A stretch of DNA of 64,000 nt. Source: a virus. The notes beneath the pieces are model-generated. The model was not told the DNA's origin. It saw only the letters and a program-made list of their open reading frames with translations, and did not search any database. Where the stretch lies: IMG/VR virus record IMGVR_UViG_3300044966_000489; one strand, written 5' to 3'. Of this stretch, positions 31,088-41,298 are shown one piece after another; the stretch's first letter is position 1; each line of letters begins with the position of its first letter. The translations under genes were made by a program, and so were the position numbers.

Positions 31088-31657
31088 TTAAATATATTCT
31101 AACCAGTTTGCTTTTTCTTGCTCTGTATCTAAGTATAAATCATTCTCATCTTCAAAATCATAATCAAGATTATAGTCTTGAATATCAGTATCTGCTTGAG
31201 AAAAGTCATCATCATTTGGCTCCCAAGAATCAGAGATATCAATCTCTGAAGCTCTAGCTACATCGCTATCAGCTTTGCGATAAGAATCTTTAACTGGTTT
31301 GCCAGCCATCATTCTTAAAAACGTATTTACACGGGCCATTGCCCATTGCCCTCTGGTCTTTCCGGGTCTATGGCTTGAACTAAAAGCACCTGCGCCTCTG
31401 CGGTATACTTTCTTTAATTGAGAAAGAGAAACTTTTTTAGAATATTTGCTGTTGTGTTCTTTGACTTTAGCTTTTAGAGCTTCTACTACTTTAGCAGAAA
31501 ACTGTATTGCTTTGTCGCTTTTTGTACCTGCGCTACCGGCAGGATTTTTCGCAGATCCTTTGCGTCTTTCAGAGGGTTTCGAAGGGGTCTGAGCAGAGCT
31601 TTTAGGCCCAGACCTCTTTGATTCTAAGATTTCAATTTCTAAACCCTGTAGATTCAT
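31088..31657 (-). CDS. Conserved phage basic protein (DUF5824-like)
   Basis: LKKVYRRGAGAF..SHRPG...QWAMARVN.FL motif. Confidence 0.55.
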   Translation of the reverse strand: MNLQGLEIEILESKRSGPKSSAQTPSKPSERRKGSAKNPAGSAGTKSDKAIQFSAKVVEALKAKVKEHNSKYSKKVSLSQLKKVYRRGAGAFSSSHRPGKTRGQWAMARVNTFLRMMAGKPVKDSYRKADSDVARASEIDISDSWEPNDDDFSQADTDIQDYNLDYDFEDENDLYLDTEQEKANWLEYI

Positions 31658-31704
31658 ATTTTGTAGCTTATTATTTATACACTAAAATTTACCGATTAAG
31701 GAAA

Positions 31705-32979
31705 TTATAATGGACCGTTAGTATTAAAATTCGTGTAACTTAATCCTTTTAATAGTCCGCTCATGAACAAACCATTAGAATGAGGATAAGAATTTAGATC
31801 CATATCACAATAAAAACTAAAATCTAAAACAGCATTTGCACCGATTGAAGAGTCGTAAGACAAGTCTTTGAATTTTGCGCCTCTGATATCGTATCTAATA
31901 ATCGTATCAGAACTCTTATTCATCTTGATAACAATATCGTATTTAGAATTAGACTTTATATCTGATAATAAATCTCCTGAATAGTTTAAATTCCTATAAA
32001 TAGTAGAAAAAGACCCTTCAACAGTAATTGGAGTGTTTATTTGTCTATCTACGGGATAAACATAGCCTAATGTTTTTAAAGGCTCTCTCTCTAGAGGAAC
32101 GCTAAAGTTGAAGCTTTGTATTGCAGCATCTTGAACTATTCTATTAGACTTAGTTTTAGAAGTAGAATTTACATCATAAATATCAATAACAATCTCACCG
32201 GGAAGCAAAACAGAAATAGCATTTCCAGTTTCTTCCACTAATGAATTGTAGTTTGGAATGTTGAAACGAACCCCAGTATTTAGTGAGCCACTTTTTGGAT
32301 CTAGGTAAGGAGATGTTGCGTTTATTCCAGAAGAATAGTATATTACATTATGAGCCGCATAATTAACAGTAGCTTTAGGAAAATCATTTACTTGAGCCTG
32401 AACTCCATAAGAAGTTATGTAGCAATTGCCAAAAGCTAAGACTGGAAAGCCAGAAATATTATTTCCTATTGCGTCTGTATTATTTGGAGTGATAGTTAAG
32501 AATAAATTACGCTGATCTCTGTATTTGAATGGATATTTAAAGGTGTTATTGGTGGCTTGAGTTAGGTCTGTATTAAAAGCATAACTTTGATCTCCAAAAG
32601 AAAATCCAGAAAGGATATTGCCACTAGGATAAACTTGACCGCCATCAAATTGGTCTAAGTTTGGAGGCCCGAGGTTAACATAGAAGCCCATACGAGCTTC
32701 ATTTCTCAAATCTTTTATGTTATAATTAAAACTAATACTAACATCAGGAGGGGTTAATGTATAATCATAAATTGCAGAAGCATTTCCAATCTCTGAGAAT
32801 CTTAATGGCTGAGTATTGATTTGATAACTGAATTGATTTATTCTTTTAAGAGGTTGAATTAGATTGTAAACCCCAGTATTAAACAAGTTACCATTTGGAT
32901 CAGAAAAAAAGTAACCACTCGCTGGAGCAGGTCCAACGAATAGCAATTCGTTATTATATATTACTCTATTTGTAGCCAT
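31705..32979 (-). CDS. Tail-tube-like structural protein
   Basis: Internally duplicated INQFSY/IQSFNF...LG...R...P..V pattern, as in tube proteins. Confidence 0.45.
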   Translation of the reverse strand: MATNRVIYNNELLFVGPAPASGYFFSDPNGNLFNTGVYNLIQPLKRINQFSYQINTQPLRFSEIGNASAIYDYTLTPPDVSISFNYNIKDLRNEARMGFYVNLGPPNLDQFDGGQVYPSGNILSGFSFGDQSYAFNTDLTQATNNTFKYPFKYRDQRNLFLTITPNNTDAIGNNISGFPVLAFGNCYITSYGVQAQVNDFPKATVNYAAHNVIYYSSGINATSPYLDPKSGSLNTGVRFNIPNYNSLVEETGNAISVLLPGEIVIDIYDVNSTSKTKSNRIVQDAAIQSFNFSVPLEREPLKTLGYVYPVDRQINTPITVEGSFSTIYRNLNYSGDLLSDIKSNSKYDIVIKMNKSSDTIIRYDIRGAKFKDLSYDSSIGANAVLDFSFYCDMDLNSYPHSNGLFMSGLLKGLSYTNFNTNGPL

Positions 32980-34865
32980 TATATTTTGCTATGGTACAGC
33001 AAACTAGCCATGTAAGAATCGACTTGATGCTCGCAAGCTATTTCGTGAATTTCTTCAATTCTTTGAGGATTTTTATCTACAGGAGTTTCAATATATTCAT
33101 TTATTTTAGAAGTCCAATTAGATTTGTCTTCATTAGCGACAATAATCTTAGTAATATCAAGGGCAACTTCTTTTTGTTTATCGTTTAGCTTTTTAAGCTT
33201 ATGTTTCTTCTTTAAAGAAGCTTCTACTTCATCTCCTAATTTGCTTGTAGCTTCTACAATGTTTTTTAATTTCATAACACTGTAATTAGCTTTAGAAGAA
33301 GTGCCGATTGGCTTAACATTTTTGGTAGCTTGTTTAATCCCTGTGGTTCCTCCGGGTCTACCCGCTTCTACTTTAGGACCACCAATTAAGGGCTGATAAA
33401 ATCCTTTGTCTTTCAAGTCAACAAACGATGTTTGAGACTGAACAGACTCATCTGGAGTTGGAAGGACTCCCGTTTCAATAGCCTTAAGACCCTCTTCTGG
33501 AGTGAGAACTCCAAGTTCAATAAGGCGAGTATAAATTCTGTTAAGATTTTGATCTGTCTTGAGATCCATATCCTCAAAGAAAGGAGTAGGAAATACTTTA
33601 AATCCAATTTCTTTAGAAATTCTTTTTACTTCAGGAAGCAGAAAGTCAGTTACGAAAGCTTGTCTAGCTTGTAATAATTTTTGACTCAATAAAGAAATCT
33701 TTGCGCTAGTGTTAGCAAATTTTTCGTTTGTTATTAAGATATTATTTAATCCAATATTAATGTCCTTATCAATTACTTCATACTTTTTAGGATCAAGAAT
33801 GTCAGCAATTTGAGGGATAACAAACTCTGCTTTTGTTGTATAGTCTGCAATCAAAACTCTGCCAATTGATTGATTAGCAAAGAGATTTTGCATTGTTTTT
33901 AAGTTCTCTTGGTTAACGCCGCCCTTGTCAGGTTCAGCACCCATTGTTACGAGCAAGATAACTTGCTGGATTGTTCTTGTAAGAGCCATATCCATACGGC
34001 GCATTTCGATTTTTGCGCTAATATCTTCAAGAACTGGGAAACCCATAGGCACAGCAAAAGGTTCATAGTCTTGCTTTTTGTAGAATACAGCATAGAATTT
34101 CTTGGTATCCAAATGTAAGAGAACTGCTGTAGCTTTTCCTTTTAAAACTTGCTCTTTTACTAATGGATCAAGAGAGTCTAATATTTCTTTGTCTTCTTCT
34201 GTTCTTGGATGTCTGATTTGCTCAAGTTCATAATCAGTCAATACTTTATAGTACTGCCCTCTATTGAAAGAAAGGTTACCATTTACTTGAACATCTGCTG
34301 GATTAATAATTATGTATCTAGCAGGAAGAGAAACTTTTGCCGCCAAAGCTTCAGATCCGAAAACTTGGCTAATTTTAGACACATCTTCTTCTCTTATGGT
34401 AGTATCGTATCTATAAATGAAAACATTTCCAGAACGATAATACTCTCTAAAGAATTTATCTTGAAGAGCAGTAATATTTATCTTGTTAAATAAGGCTTGA
34501 AAGAAATCTCTTGCGCTTTTATTGCCACCTTTAAGATGAATGTTACCACAAGACAATTCTGACATTAGGTCAATGGTATTTCTAAAAAGACCAAAATTAT
34601 AATAAGCTTTTTGGCATAGAATTACAGTATCTCTTACGTCAATATTAGACTTATTGTAATTATATCCAGTGGCATAGTTAAATGGCACCATTCCATCATC
34701 GATATTGCGAAAACGATCTGTTCTCTCAATCGTTGATGCGGCATTTCTACGGCTTCTTGTCTCGGTAACCCTGCTTGCTACACCGCCATGAGCAGGAGTA
34801 GAGCCTTCTACCATCATTGGAGCGAAAGAAGATTCCTCAATTTTTTCTTTTTTAACCTTTGCCAT
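32979..34865 (-). CDS. Portal protein
   Basis: 628 aa, directly after the terminase. FRNTIDLMSE...FFREYYRSGNVF motifs. Confidence 0.75.
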   Translation of the reverse strand: MAKVKKEKIEESSFAPMMVEGSTPAHGGVASRVTETRSRRNAASTIERTDRFRNIDDGMVPFNYATGYNYNKSNIDVRDTVILCQKAYYNFGLFRNTIDLMSELSCGNIHLKGGNKSARDFFQALFNKINITALQDKFFREYYRSGNVFIYRYDTTIREEDVSKISQVFGSEALAAKVSLPARYIIINPADVQVNGNLSFNRGQYYKVLTDYELEQIRHPRTEEDKEILDSLDPLVKEQVLKGKATAVLLHLDTKKFYAVFYKKQDYEPFAVPMGFPVLEDISAKIEMRRMDMALTRTIQQVILLVTMGAEPDKGGVNQENLKTMQNLFANQSIGRVLIADYTTKAEFVIPQIADILDPKKYEVIDKDINIGLNNILITNEKFANTSAKISLLSQKLLQARQAFVTDFLLPEVKRISKEIGFKVFPTPFFEDMDLKTDQNLNRIYTRLIELGVLTPEEGLKAIETGVLPTPDESVQSQTSFVDLKDKGFYQPLIGGPKVEAGRPGGTTGIKQATKNVKPIGTSSKANYSVMKLKNIVEATSKLGDEVEASLKKKHKLKKLNDKQKEVALDITKIIVANEDKSNWTSKINEYIETPVDKNPQRIEEIHEIACEHQVDSYMASLLYHSKI

Positions 34866-34889
34866 AAGCCTAATAATTAATTACACATT

Positions 34890-36731
34890 TTAAATTAAAA
34901 TTGGTGTAAATCCCGCAGCTACTATTTTATTTTCAGTAGTCATGATATCATTATAGCATTTGGAACCCCATTTCGCTAACATTAAAGCCGTGTAATTATC
35001 TTTTCTTGCTCTGTTAGGGGAATTGGAGCGTTTTAAGTGTTGAGGTAAATCAAAATTAACAGATCCACGGCTGCTAGTAGTAAATTCTACAAGCGAGCAT
35101 TGCTTTTTGGTATTGTAAACCAATAAATCTTGATGTTCTATAAGGTCTAGCTTATTCCAATCTTTAATGTCTTCTATGAATATAAGATCTTCAGGTATTC
35201 TCTTGTTTATTTCTTCATTAAAGAAAGATTCATTGGCTACAGTTTTAGATGCGAACCAAATTTTCTTATAGTCAATGGCTGCTTGCAGATTTTCGTTACC
35301 TCTTCGAATAAATGTAGTTGTGAATACCTGAGTTACTGCTATTTGCCTATTCTCAAGATTATATTGACTCTTAGCCTTCTGAACCATCTTCGTATATTCA
35401 ATACCCTCAAGATCAGAATCGAAGTCAATAAACTTTATCTTCTCAGATTCCGAGTTTACATACTGAGATTCATTATAAGTGTTGAAGAAAATATCAGCAC
35501 CAGCATTATCGCAAATGATATAAACAATATTAAAGCTAGTCATTAAGTAATGAAAATATTTAATATGACTATTTAAGCTTCCAAGACCTGCGTATGCATG
35601 AACAAGAACATCATTCTTATTTTCTCGGTCTATTTCTAAAATTGCCATTGCAAAATAGTCAGCATTTGGACTGTCGCTCATGTTAGGGTCCATTGCTAAG
35701 ATATATTGCTTGCCAGAATCTCCTCTGATTTGAGAATGTGGCCTTTCTTCAAACTTAAGAGTGCATTCTTCCATCTTCTTCATGCTGAAGTAAGAATCGC
35801 TACCGTCAGTAAACTGAGCGCAGTATTCTCTCAAGAAAGAAGCATGAGAAGAGCCACCGTTTTGAGCTTCTTCTGTAATAGAAGAGTCAATCATCTCTGG
35901 CGGCAAAGCTTCATAACTTAATTGTGATACAAAGTAAGTTGCACTTGTTGGTTCTTTGGAATAAATGTTGTCGCACCATTCTTTATAAGTTTTATAAAGG
36001 TTTTCAAAAGTATAAGAAGCAGAGGAAAGAGCAATCATCTTGGAAGTATTCTTAAATTCCATGCGATCAGCTTCTGTCATTGCGCCTTGGCGAATTAATT
36101 CATCTTCTTGTTCACGAATACTAATACGTTCTTTAATGTCTTGAGGAACAATCAAGAATGGCATCAATACGTTTTTAATAATATCTTCTGGCAATAATAA
36201 AAACTCGTCTAGTACAAGAACATTAGCACGGAAACCACGAATCTTTTCACCGCTTAGAGGAATAGCTTTGATAGAGCCTTCGTTTATTGACCAATCATAT
36301 TCGTCATTGCGTTTTGATTTTGCGCCGAACGCTTGCATCAATAAATCTGCGCCTTTAGACTCAGTAATCTTTTCTATTGAATTAAAAATACTTCTTGCTG
36401 TTCTGAATGTAGGACCAGCAATTAGGATTTTGCTCTTAGGCTCAAAGATGCATTGCAAAAAACAGAATACCGCAGCAGAGAAAGACTTGGAAGCACCACG
36501 ACCCCATACGTTCATGCAGAAATTGCGATTCAACATTCCTTTGATTACGATCTCTTGATAAGGCCATAATTTTATACCAGAAATTAGCTCTGTAGTTATG
36601 CCTATATTTGAACGCAAAAATTTAGCCAAAGTTATTTTGGCTTCTTTATCTTCAAGAGTATCTTTTAGTTTAGAATATTCGTCATTTAAGTTAGGAATTA
36701 TTCTATTGTACTTTTCTGGGGTATACCACAT
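34890..36731 (-). CDS. terL: Terminase large subunit
   Basis: LWPYQ Q-motif, Walker A-like GRGASKS, Walker B VLVLDE, FLREYCAQF, RNase H-like AMDP...D and C-terminal KDNY. Confidence 0.92.
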   Translation of the reverse strand: MWYTPEKYNRIIPNLNDEYSKLKDTLEDKEAKITLAKFLRSNIGITTELISGIKLWPYQEIVIKGMLNRNFCMNVWGRGASKSFSAAVFCFLQCIFEPKSKILIAGPTFRTARSIFNSIEKITESKGADLLMQAFGAKSKRNDEYDWSINEGSIKAIPLSGEKIRGFRANVLVLDEFLLLPEDIIKNVLMPFLIVPQDIKERISIREQEDELIRQGAMTEADRMEFKNTSKMIALSSASYTFENLYKTYKEWCDNIYSKEPTSATYFVSQLSYEALPPEMIDSSITEEAQNGGSSHASFLREYCAQFTDGSDSYFSMKKMEECTLKFEERPHSQIRGDSGKQYILAMDPNMSDSPNADYFAMAILEIDRENKNDVLVHAYAGLGSLNSHIKYFHYLMTSFNIVYIICDNAGADIFFNTYNESQYVNSESEKIKFIDFDSDLEGIEYTKMVQKAKSQYNLENRQIAVTQVFTTTFIRRGNENLQAAIDYKKIWFASKTVANESFFNEEINKRIPEDLIFIEDIKDWNKLDLIEHQDLLVYNTKKQCSLVEFTTSSRGSVNFDLPQHLKRSNSPNRARKDNYTALMLAKWGSKCYNDIMTTENKIVAAGFTPILI

Positions 36732-36732
36732 A

Positions 36733-37671
36733 TTATAACATCTTTAGATCGTAGCAAAGTTGTAGATCGTATTTAAAAAAGTTCTCATCAGTTGAGAACA
36801 TCTTCTCAATAATCCTAACAGATTCCTTACGCCCCTTTGCAAACAAGAATTGAACGTGTGGATATTTTTGTATTAGCTCTCTAACGTTATGAAAAATAAA
36901 TTCTGGATTTACCTTCGTTGCTTTCTTATACACATGAGGTAAATAGTTAAATGAGAGTGTATTGCTCAAGCTTTCTTCAACAATAATAACCATGTTAGCT
37001 TTTGCTTCGCTGGCTTTTTCAATCTCTCGACAGAATCTTTCGTACCCAGCACTCAAAGTTCCTATAAAATCAGAGATAGACTTTCTCTCAAAGTAAAGTT
37101 TGCCATCATAACTTGGATGACTAAATCCATAATCACCAAATTTAAGAGTGCGAACTTCAGAAGCCATGTTAAATATAAATGGTTTCTGTTCGCGGGTATC
37201 AATATAAATTATTGAGTCCTTAGTTTGTAGCTTGGGAAGGTTTTCCAAGCTCTTTGGATATACATATTTATTTTTAAATCCAATTTCTTCAGCAAGCTTA
37301 TAGTAGTCGCCAAAAATTTCTTGCAAATAAATAACACTTGGACTTAGAACGCTCCTTAACTCAACTTGAGAAGGAGTATATTCTAGATTTTTCTTTTCTT
37401 TGCGTTTAACTAAAAAGTTTCTACAGTACTCTTGCTGTTTCTCTAAGGACTGAGCTTTGAGCCAGTTTTTAAGATTGTTTTTATTGTTAAAATCAGTAGA
37501 GAAATACTGTTCTTTATTTTTGTAATTGATAATAGAATTATCGAAGAGATCATAGCGAGGCAATTGCTGTTGATAATATTCAATTACTCTTATTTTATGA
37601 GCTTTAAGATGTCGATTAAAGTCTACATCAGTTTCATAAACTTTTTGACATATTTTACAGGTCTCAGCCAT
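36733..37671 (-). CDS. C2H2 zinc finger plus ERCC4/XPF-type nuclease
   Basis: N-terminal CKIC...HLKAH; IYIDTREQ...LKFGDY...FERKSISD is the ERCC4 signature. Confidence 0.85.
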   Translation of the reverse strand: MAETCKICQKVYETDVDFNRHLKAHKIRVIEYYQQQLPRYDLFDNSIINYKNKEQYFSTDFNNKNNLKNWLKAQSLEKQQEYCRNFLVKRKEKKNLEYTPSQVELRSVLSPSVIYLQEIFGDYYKLAEEIGFKNKYVYPKSLENLPKLQTKDSIIYIDTREQKPFIFNMASEVRTLKFGDYGFSHPSYDGKLYFERKSISDFIGTLSAGYERFCREIEKASEAKANMVIIVEESLSNTLSFNYLPHVYKKATKVNPEFIFHNVRELIQKYPHVQFLFAKGRKESVRIIEKMFSTDENFFKYDLQLCYDLKML

Positions 37672-38782
37672 TTAACACCTCATCTTCTGAAATTCCCAAG
37701 ATGCGACATTTGATTTCATCCATTGTAGAAAGCCTGTCGATCTCATTTTTAACCATTGCTTTTCTTCTTTCGGCAAGCTTTAGCAGTTGAGCGCGGGATT
37801 CTTCTTCTTTCCACATTTGAACAAGATTAAGAATGCTGGCGTTTTCTTTTATTTGCTTGCTAAGGCGATCACTGCGCTTTACTTTGAGGTCATTGAGAAG
37901 CTTTTGTTGGCGAATAGTAGATTGGTTATACTCGTCTCTTGCTCCACTGATAGCTTCAATAAGACCCATTGGAATTTTGCCGCCGCCATCTACTTCTACA
38001 TCAATCTGATCTTGCAGAGTTTGAATTGTTTCTTGAATATTAGCTGAAATTACCACTTCAGTAGCCAACACAATGTATTGGTCTACTTCTTCTTGAGTGA
38101 GATCTGGTTTGTCAAACGTATAACGTACAAATGAGCTTTCAAATAATTCACGATCAATGTTAGAAGTATAACTATTTATCTGATGCAAGAAACGATAAGT
38201 GTGCATGTAGCCAATGATAGCATTAATAGCAGCTTTCTGGCGTGAAGTTACTTTGTCTTTATCAATACCTTCGTGAACATATTTATTTATGCGAAACAAC
38301 ATCCGCTCAAATGTCTTTGGCGGCATATATTCAGAGTTAGCAAGAGTCTCTACTTCTCTTTGAGATACTGGACCTGCTTGAATTACTTTCTGATCAAGAG
38401 TTTTAATGAAATCAATAACTGTACGAGTCTCTTGACTGAGACTAGTAAGATTTTGGTTATTAAAAATACTCTTAGTGATCTCAAGTGCGCCCATTGAACC
38501 GGCATTATTAGCAATAAATTCTCTCTGGTCTGGAGATAGTTCAATTTTATCTTTCGCTAAGTATTCGTAGGATGCTCTTGCTTTAATTTGTCTTGTTGAC
38601 AAGAACTCTTTGACCTTTTTACCGTGCCAACTTCTACCGTCTGCGCCATCAACGTTAGGAAAAGCAAGCCTGACAAGTTCAAGCAAAGAAGGAGGATTAG
38701 TAGGACGATTGTTCCACTCATTTAAAATTGCCAATCTTTGTTGATCATTAAGTTCTTGAGGCTGGTTTCCATTTTCAGACAT
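37664..38782 (-). CDS. Hypothetical helical protein, possible small terminase
   Basis: 372 aa with a coiled-coil C-terminus, two genes upstream of terL. Confidence 0.5.
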   Translation of the reverse strand: MSENGNQPQELNDQQRLAILNEWNNRPTNPPSLLELVRLAFPNVDGADGRSWHGKKVKEFLSTRQIKARASYEYLAKDKIELSPDQREFIANNAGSMGALEITKSIFNNQNLTSLSQETRTVIDFIKTLDQKVIQAGPVSQREVETLANSEYMPPKTFERMLFRINKYVHEGIDKDKVTSRQKAAINAIIGYMHTYRFLHQINSYTSNIDRELFESSFVRYTFDKPDLTQEEVDQYIVLATEVVISANIQETIQTLQDQIDVEVDGGGKIPMGLIEAISGARDEYNQSTIRQQKLLNDLKVKRSDRLSKQIKENASILNLVQMWKEEESRAQLLKLAERRKAMVKNEIDRLSTMDEIKCRILGISEDEVLNG

Positions 38783-39467
38783 AAATTTCTACTTCTCCAT
38801 TTACAATGCACTTCTTAGCTTTGACAATAATAGAACGCTTAAGGTTCTTTATCTGCTTGTAACCGGGGGAACGATTTTTTTCAGTAGTCTTAAATCCTAA
38901 TACTTTAGCTACTTCTTCTTCTTTTTGATTTCTTAGACAAAGCATTTCATACACAACCCACTCTGCTGGCTTTAATACTTTCTTTAGTGCTGACGATAAG
39001 CTTTGTGTGCTTCTCAAAAGATCAAAGCCTTCGTTTGTCATGTCATGAACTTCTTTAATGTGATTTTCAAGAGGAAGAGTTACTTTTGTATTGAAAGCGT
39101 CTTTTTTATTATTCTCCCAATGAGCATACAAGGGGCACTTCTTGCATTGCTCACCATATATTGAACAAGAATCATCCCATTCTGCCGCCGCACACTTCAA
39201 ACAAGGTCTAGCATAATTGCCATAGTTGTTTCTTATGATGTTCTTTATTTGATTAGAAATGATAATGTTTAACCAAGGGGCAAGAGGTTTCTTTGGATCA
39301 TATAAAGTCCACTTTTTGTAAATATGAATCCTTAATATCTGCTCAACGTCCTCGAAATCAATCCAAGACAATGCAGCAAGGTTCCACTTGTTCTTGCGTT
39401 TGCGAATTTCTTCGTCTATTATAGCAATGTTCTTTTCAAATGATTCTTTTTGGACTTTATGAGCCAT
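38775..39467 (-). CDS. Phage RNA polymerase sigma factor (sigma70/ECF-like)
   Basis: Region-2-like DFEDVEQILRIHIYKKW..YDP...LAPWLNIIISNQIKN; region-4 HTH EEEVAKVLG. Confidence 0.75.
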   Translation of the reverse strand: MAHKVQKESFEKNIAIIDEEIRKRKNKWNLAALSWIDFEDVEQILRIHIYKKWTLYDPKKPLAPWLNIIISNQIKNIIRNNYGNYARPCLKCAAAEWDDSCSIYGEQCKKCPLYAHWENNKKDAFNTKVTLPLENHIKEVHDMTNEGFDLLRSTQSLSSALKKVLKPAEWVVYEMLCLRNQKEEEVAKVLGFKTTEKNRSPGYKQIKNLKRSIIVKAKKCIVNGEVEIYV

Positions 39468-39468
39468 T

Positions 39469-39870
39469 TTATTTTTGTCTTAATGTACCGGCTTCTTGCT
39501 TAATCATTTTTAATATCTCTTTTTCAGAGAAGCCTTGTGGTTTTCTATCTATTGAACGGGAAAAATTATCAGGAAGTGAAGCGGCGATTTTAGAAAGAGA
39601 TTCTTTTCTTGGTGAATCAAATTCAATATCGACATCTAGTCCGCCCCTTAATTCAGGAATGGGAGTTGACTCTTGGTCGTCTTCACCTTCATCATCATCT
39701 TCTTCATCATACTCTTCTTGAGCGCGGACTTTATTTACTTTTGCCTTTTTATCTTCTTTCTTTTCTACGACAACGCCATAGAATGCTGTACCACAGGCAG
39801 AGCAGAACTTTGGTTTCGCTTGCGTGTATAAATTAGGATTTCCACATTGAGAACAGTAAACTTTTTGCAT
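39469..39870 (-). CDS. Zinc-ribbon protein
   Basis: YCSQCG...KFCSACG followed by an acidic tract. Confidence 0.75.
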   Translation of the reverse strand: MQKVYCSQCGNPNLYTQAKPKFCSACGTAFYGVVVEKKEDKKAKVNKVRAQEEYDEEDDDEGEDDQESTPIPELRGGLDVDIEFDSPRKESLSKIAASLPDNFSRSIDRKPQGFSEKEILKMIKQEAGTLRQK

Positions 39871-39927
39871 AATTCATTAATTTATTATAGGTTGATAACA
39901 GTAAAAAGTAAGTGTAATTGTAATAGA

Positions 39928-40203
39928 ATGAAGTATTCGTTCAAAAATTACGAAAAGGTCGAATACATTATCAATTGGGTTAAACCGCCCAAAGGGTGCT
40001 ATGGTATATGCGATTCTCCAGAGATGGAAAATCCAAAGATTAAAATTGATCCAGCCTTAACCAAGCAAAAAACGATCAACATTCTAATACATGAAGTATT
40101 ACACGCATTCTTCTGGCAAGAATCAGAAACAAAAGTAACTAAATGTGCTAATACTTTATCAAGACTTATTCATCAAAGGATGAAACAAAAGTTTAATGAA
40201 TAA
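39928..40203 (+). CDS. Small HEXXH metallopeptidase-like protein
   Basis: YGIC...IKID...LIHEVLHA. Start reassigned to ATG 39928. Confidence 0.65.
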   Translation: MKYSFKNYEKVEYIINWVKPPKGCYGICDSPEMENPKIKIDPALTKQKTINILIHEVLHAFFWQESETKVTKCANTLSRLIHQRMKQKFNE

Positions 40204-40915
40204 TTGATTTGTATTTAGTGATCTTATCAACAATAAAGCGTGTAATGCCGCTTCTCATAATATCTTCTGGCCCAAGTTTAAAGTATTGAATACCATTATC
40301 ACGACTATCTTGATCTTGGAAGATATCACAAAACTCTTTAAACCCAGATTTCTTGCCCAAGTCATTTTGCATGATAGTATCGCCGCAAATAAATAGTTTA
40401 CTGAATTTACCCATACGAGTAGCAGCAGTAACGAGAGAATCGAACATCATGTTCTGACCCTCATCAAGAATTACAGAATTAACGTTAAAAGTATAACCAC
40501 GAAGGAGAGAAACAGGATAGGTTTTAATCCTTTCTTGCTTATTTAGTAATTCGATGCTAGACTTATTTAGTAATTCTTCCAGCTTATCAAATAGTGGTAC
40601 GTTATAAAAGAAGGTCTTTTCATCCAAATCACCAGTCAAGAAGCCAGTTTGACCATCTGTGCTTTGAATTAAGGATCGAATATATACAATATCAGATACT
40701 TTTTTAGCTTTTAGTAATTCTAGTGAACAGTAAACGCTTAATAGCGTCTTGGCTGTGCCGGGAAGCCCATCAAGAATAATAATATTGGTGCTTTTATCTA
40801 AAGCGGCAGCAATAATTTCTTCTTGTTTCGGGGTCCATTTTAGTTTACGAATTTCAAATTCATCTTTTAGCTTTTCCTTTTGAGCTACATGAGGGGAATT
40901 ATCTTTTTTAGACAT
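40193..40915 (-). CDS. phoH: PhoH-family ATPase
   Basis: GLPGTAKT, GFLTGD, RGYTF, ILDEGQN, TRMG, GD..QND and DIMRS motifs. Confidence 0.92.
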   Translation of the reverse strand: MSKKDNSPHVAQKEKLKDEFEIRKLKWTPKQEEIIAAALDKSTNIIILDGLPGTAKTLLSVYCSLELLKAKKVSDIVYIRSLIQSTDGQTGFLTGDLDEKTFFYNVPLFDKLEELLNKSSIELLNKQERIKTYPVSLLRGYTFNVNSVILDEGQNMMFDSLVTAATRMGKFSKLFICGDTIMQNDLGKKSGFKEFCDIFQDQDSRDNGIQYFKLGPEDIMRSGITRFIVDKITKYKSIIH

Positions 40916-40920
40916 TTTGA

Positions 40921-41298
40921 TTGTTATTATACTCTTTATTTAATGTATTATATATAGTGAAGAACAAATTACAAGTTACAGTTGTAAACCCTAGATCTTG
41001 TAGAAAGAGAATCTGTTGTGAGGGTTGTGAACTTGCATATAGTAAACAAGATTATTTATTATTCTTCACGTTACGCAAATTAGTTTATTTCAATATGCTT
41101 GCAGAAGATGGCAAATTAATGAAGATTTGCGATTCGTGTTTGGTGTCTCTCGCGTCGATGACTTGTGCGAAATATGATTTACCATATATAACTATTATAA
41201 TAAAAGGAACAGAAAATACAAAACAAATAAATATAGAATACAGTAAAGACCCTGAATTTGAGAAAGAGTTAATTAAAGTATTTAAGAAGATTAAGTAA
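40921..41298 (+). CDS. Hypothetical Cys-containing protein, start uncertain
   Basis: CCEGC and CDSC motifs. Confidence 0.45.
   Translation: MLLYSLFNVLYIVKNKLQVTVVNPRSCRKRICCEGCELAYSKQDYLLFFTLRKLVYFNMLAEDGKLMKICDSCLVSLASMTCAKYDLPYITIIIKGTENTKQINIEYSKDPEFEKELIKVFKKIK

Noticed and set aside
12158-38497. Plus-strand ORFs inside structural genes (e.g. 12158, 18117, 28358, 28937, 36268)
   Set aside because: Antisense shadows of long, well-supported minus-strand genes. The similarity of 12158 and 18117 only reflects the fibre duplication.
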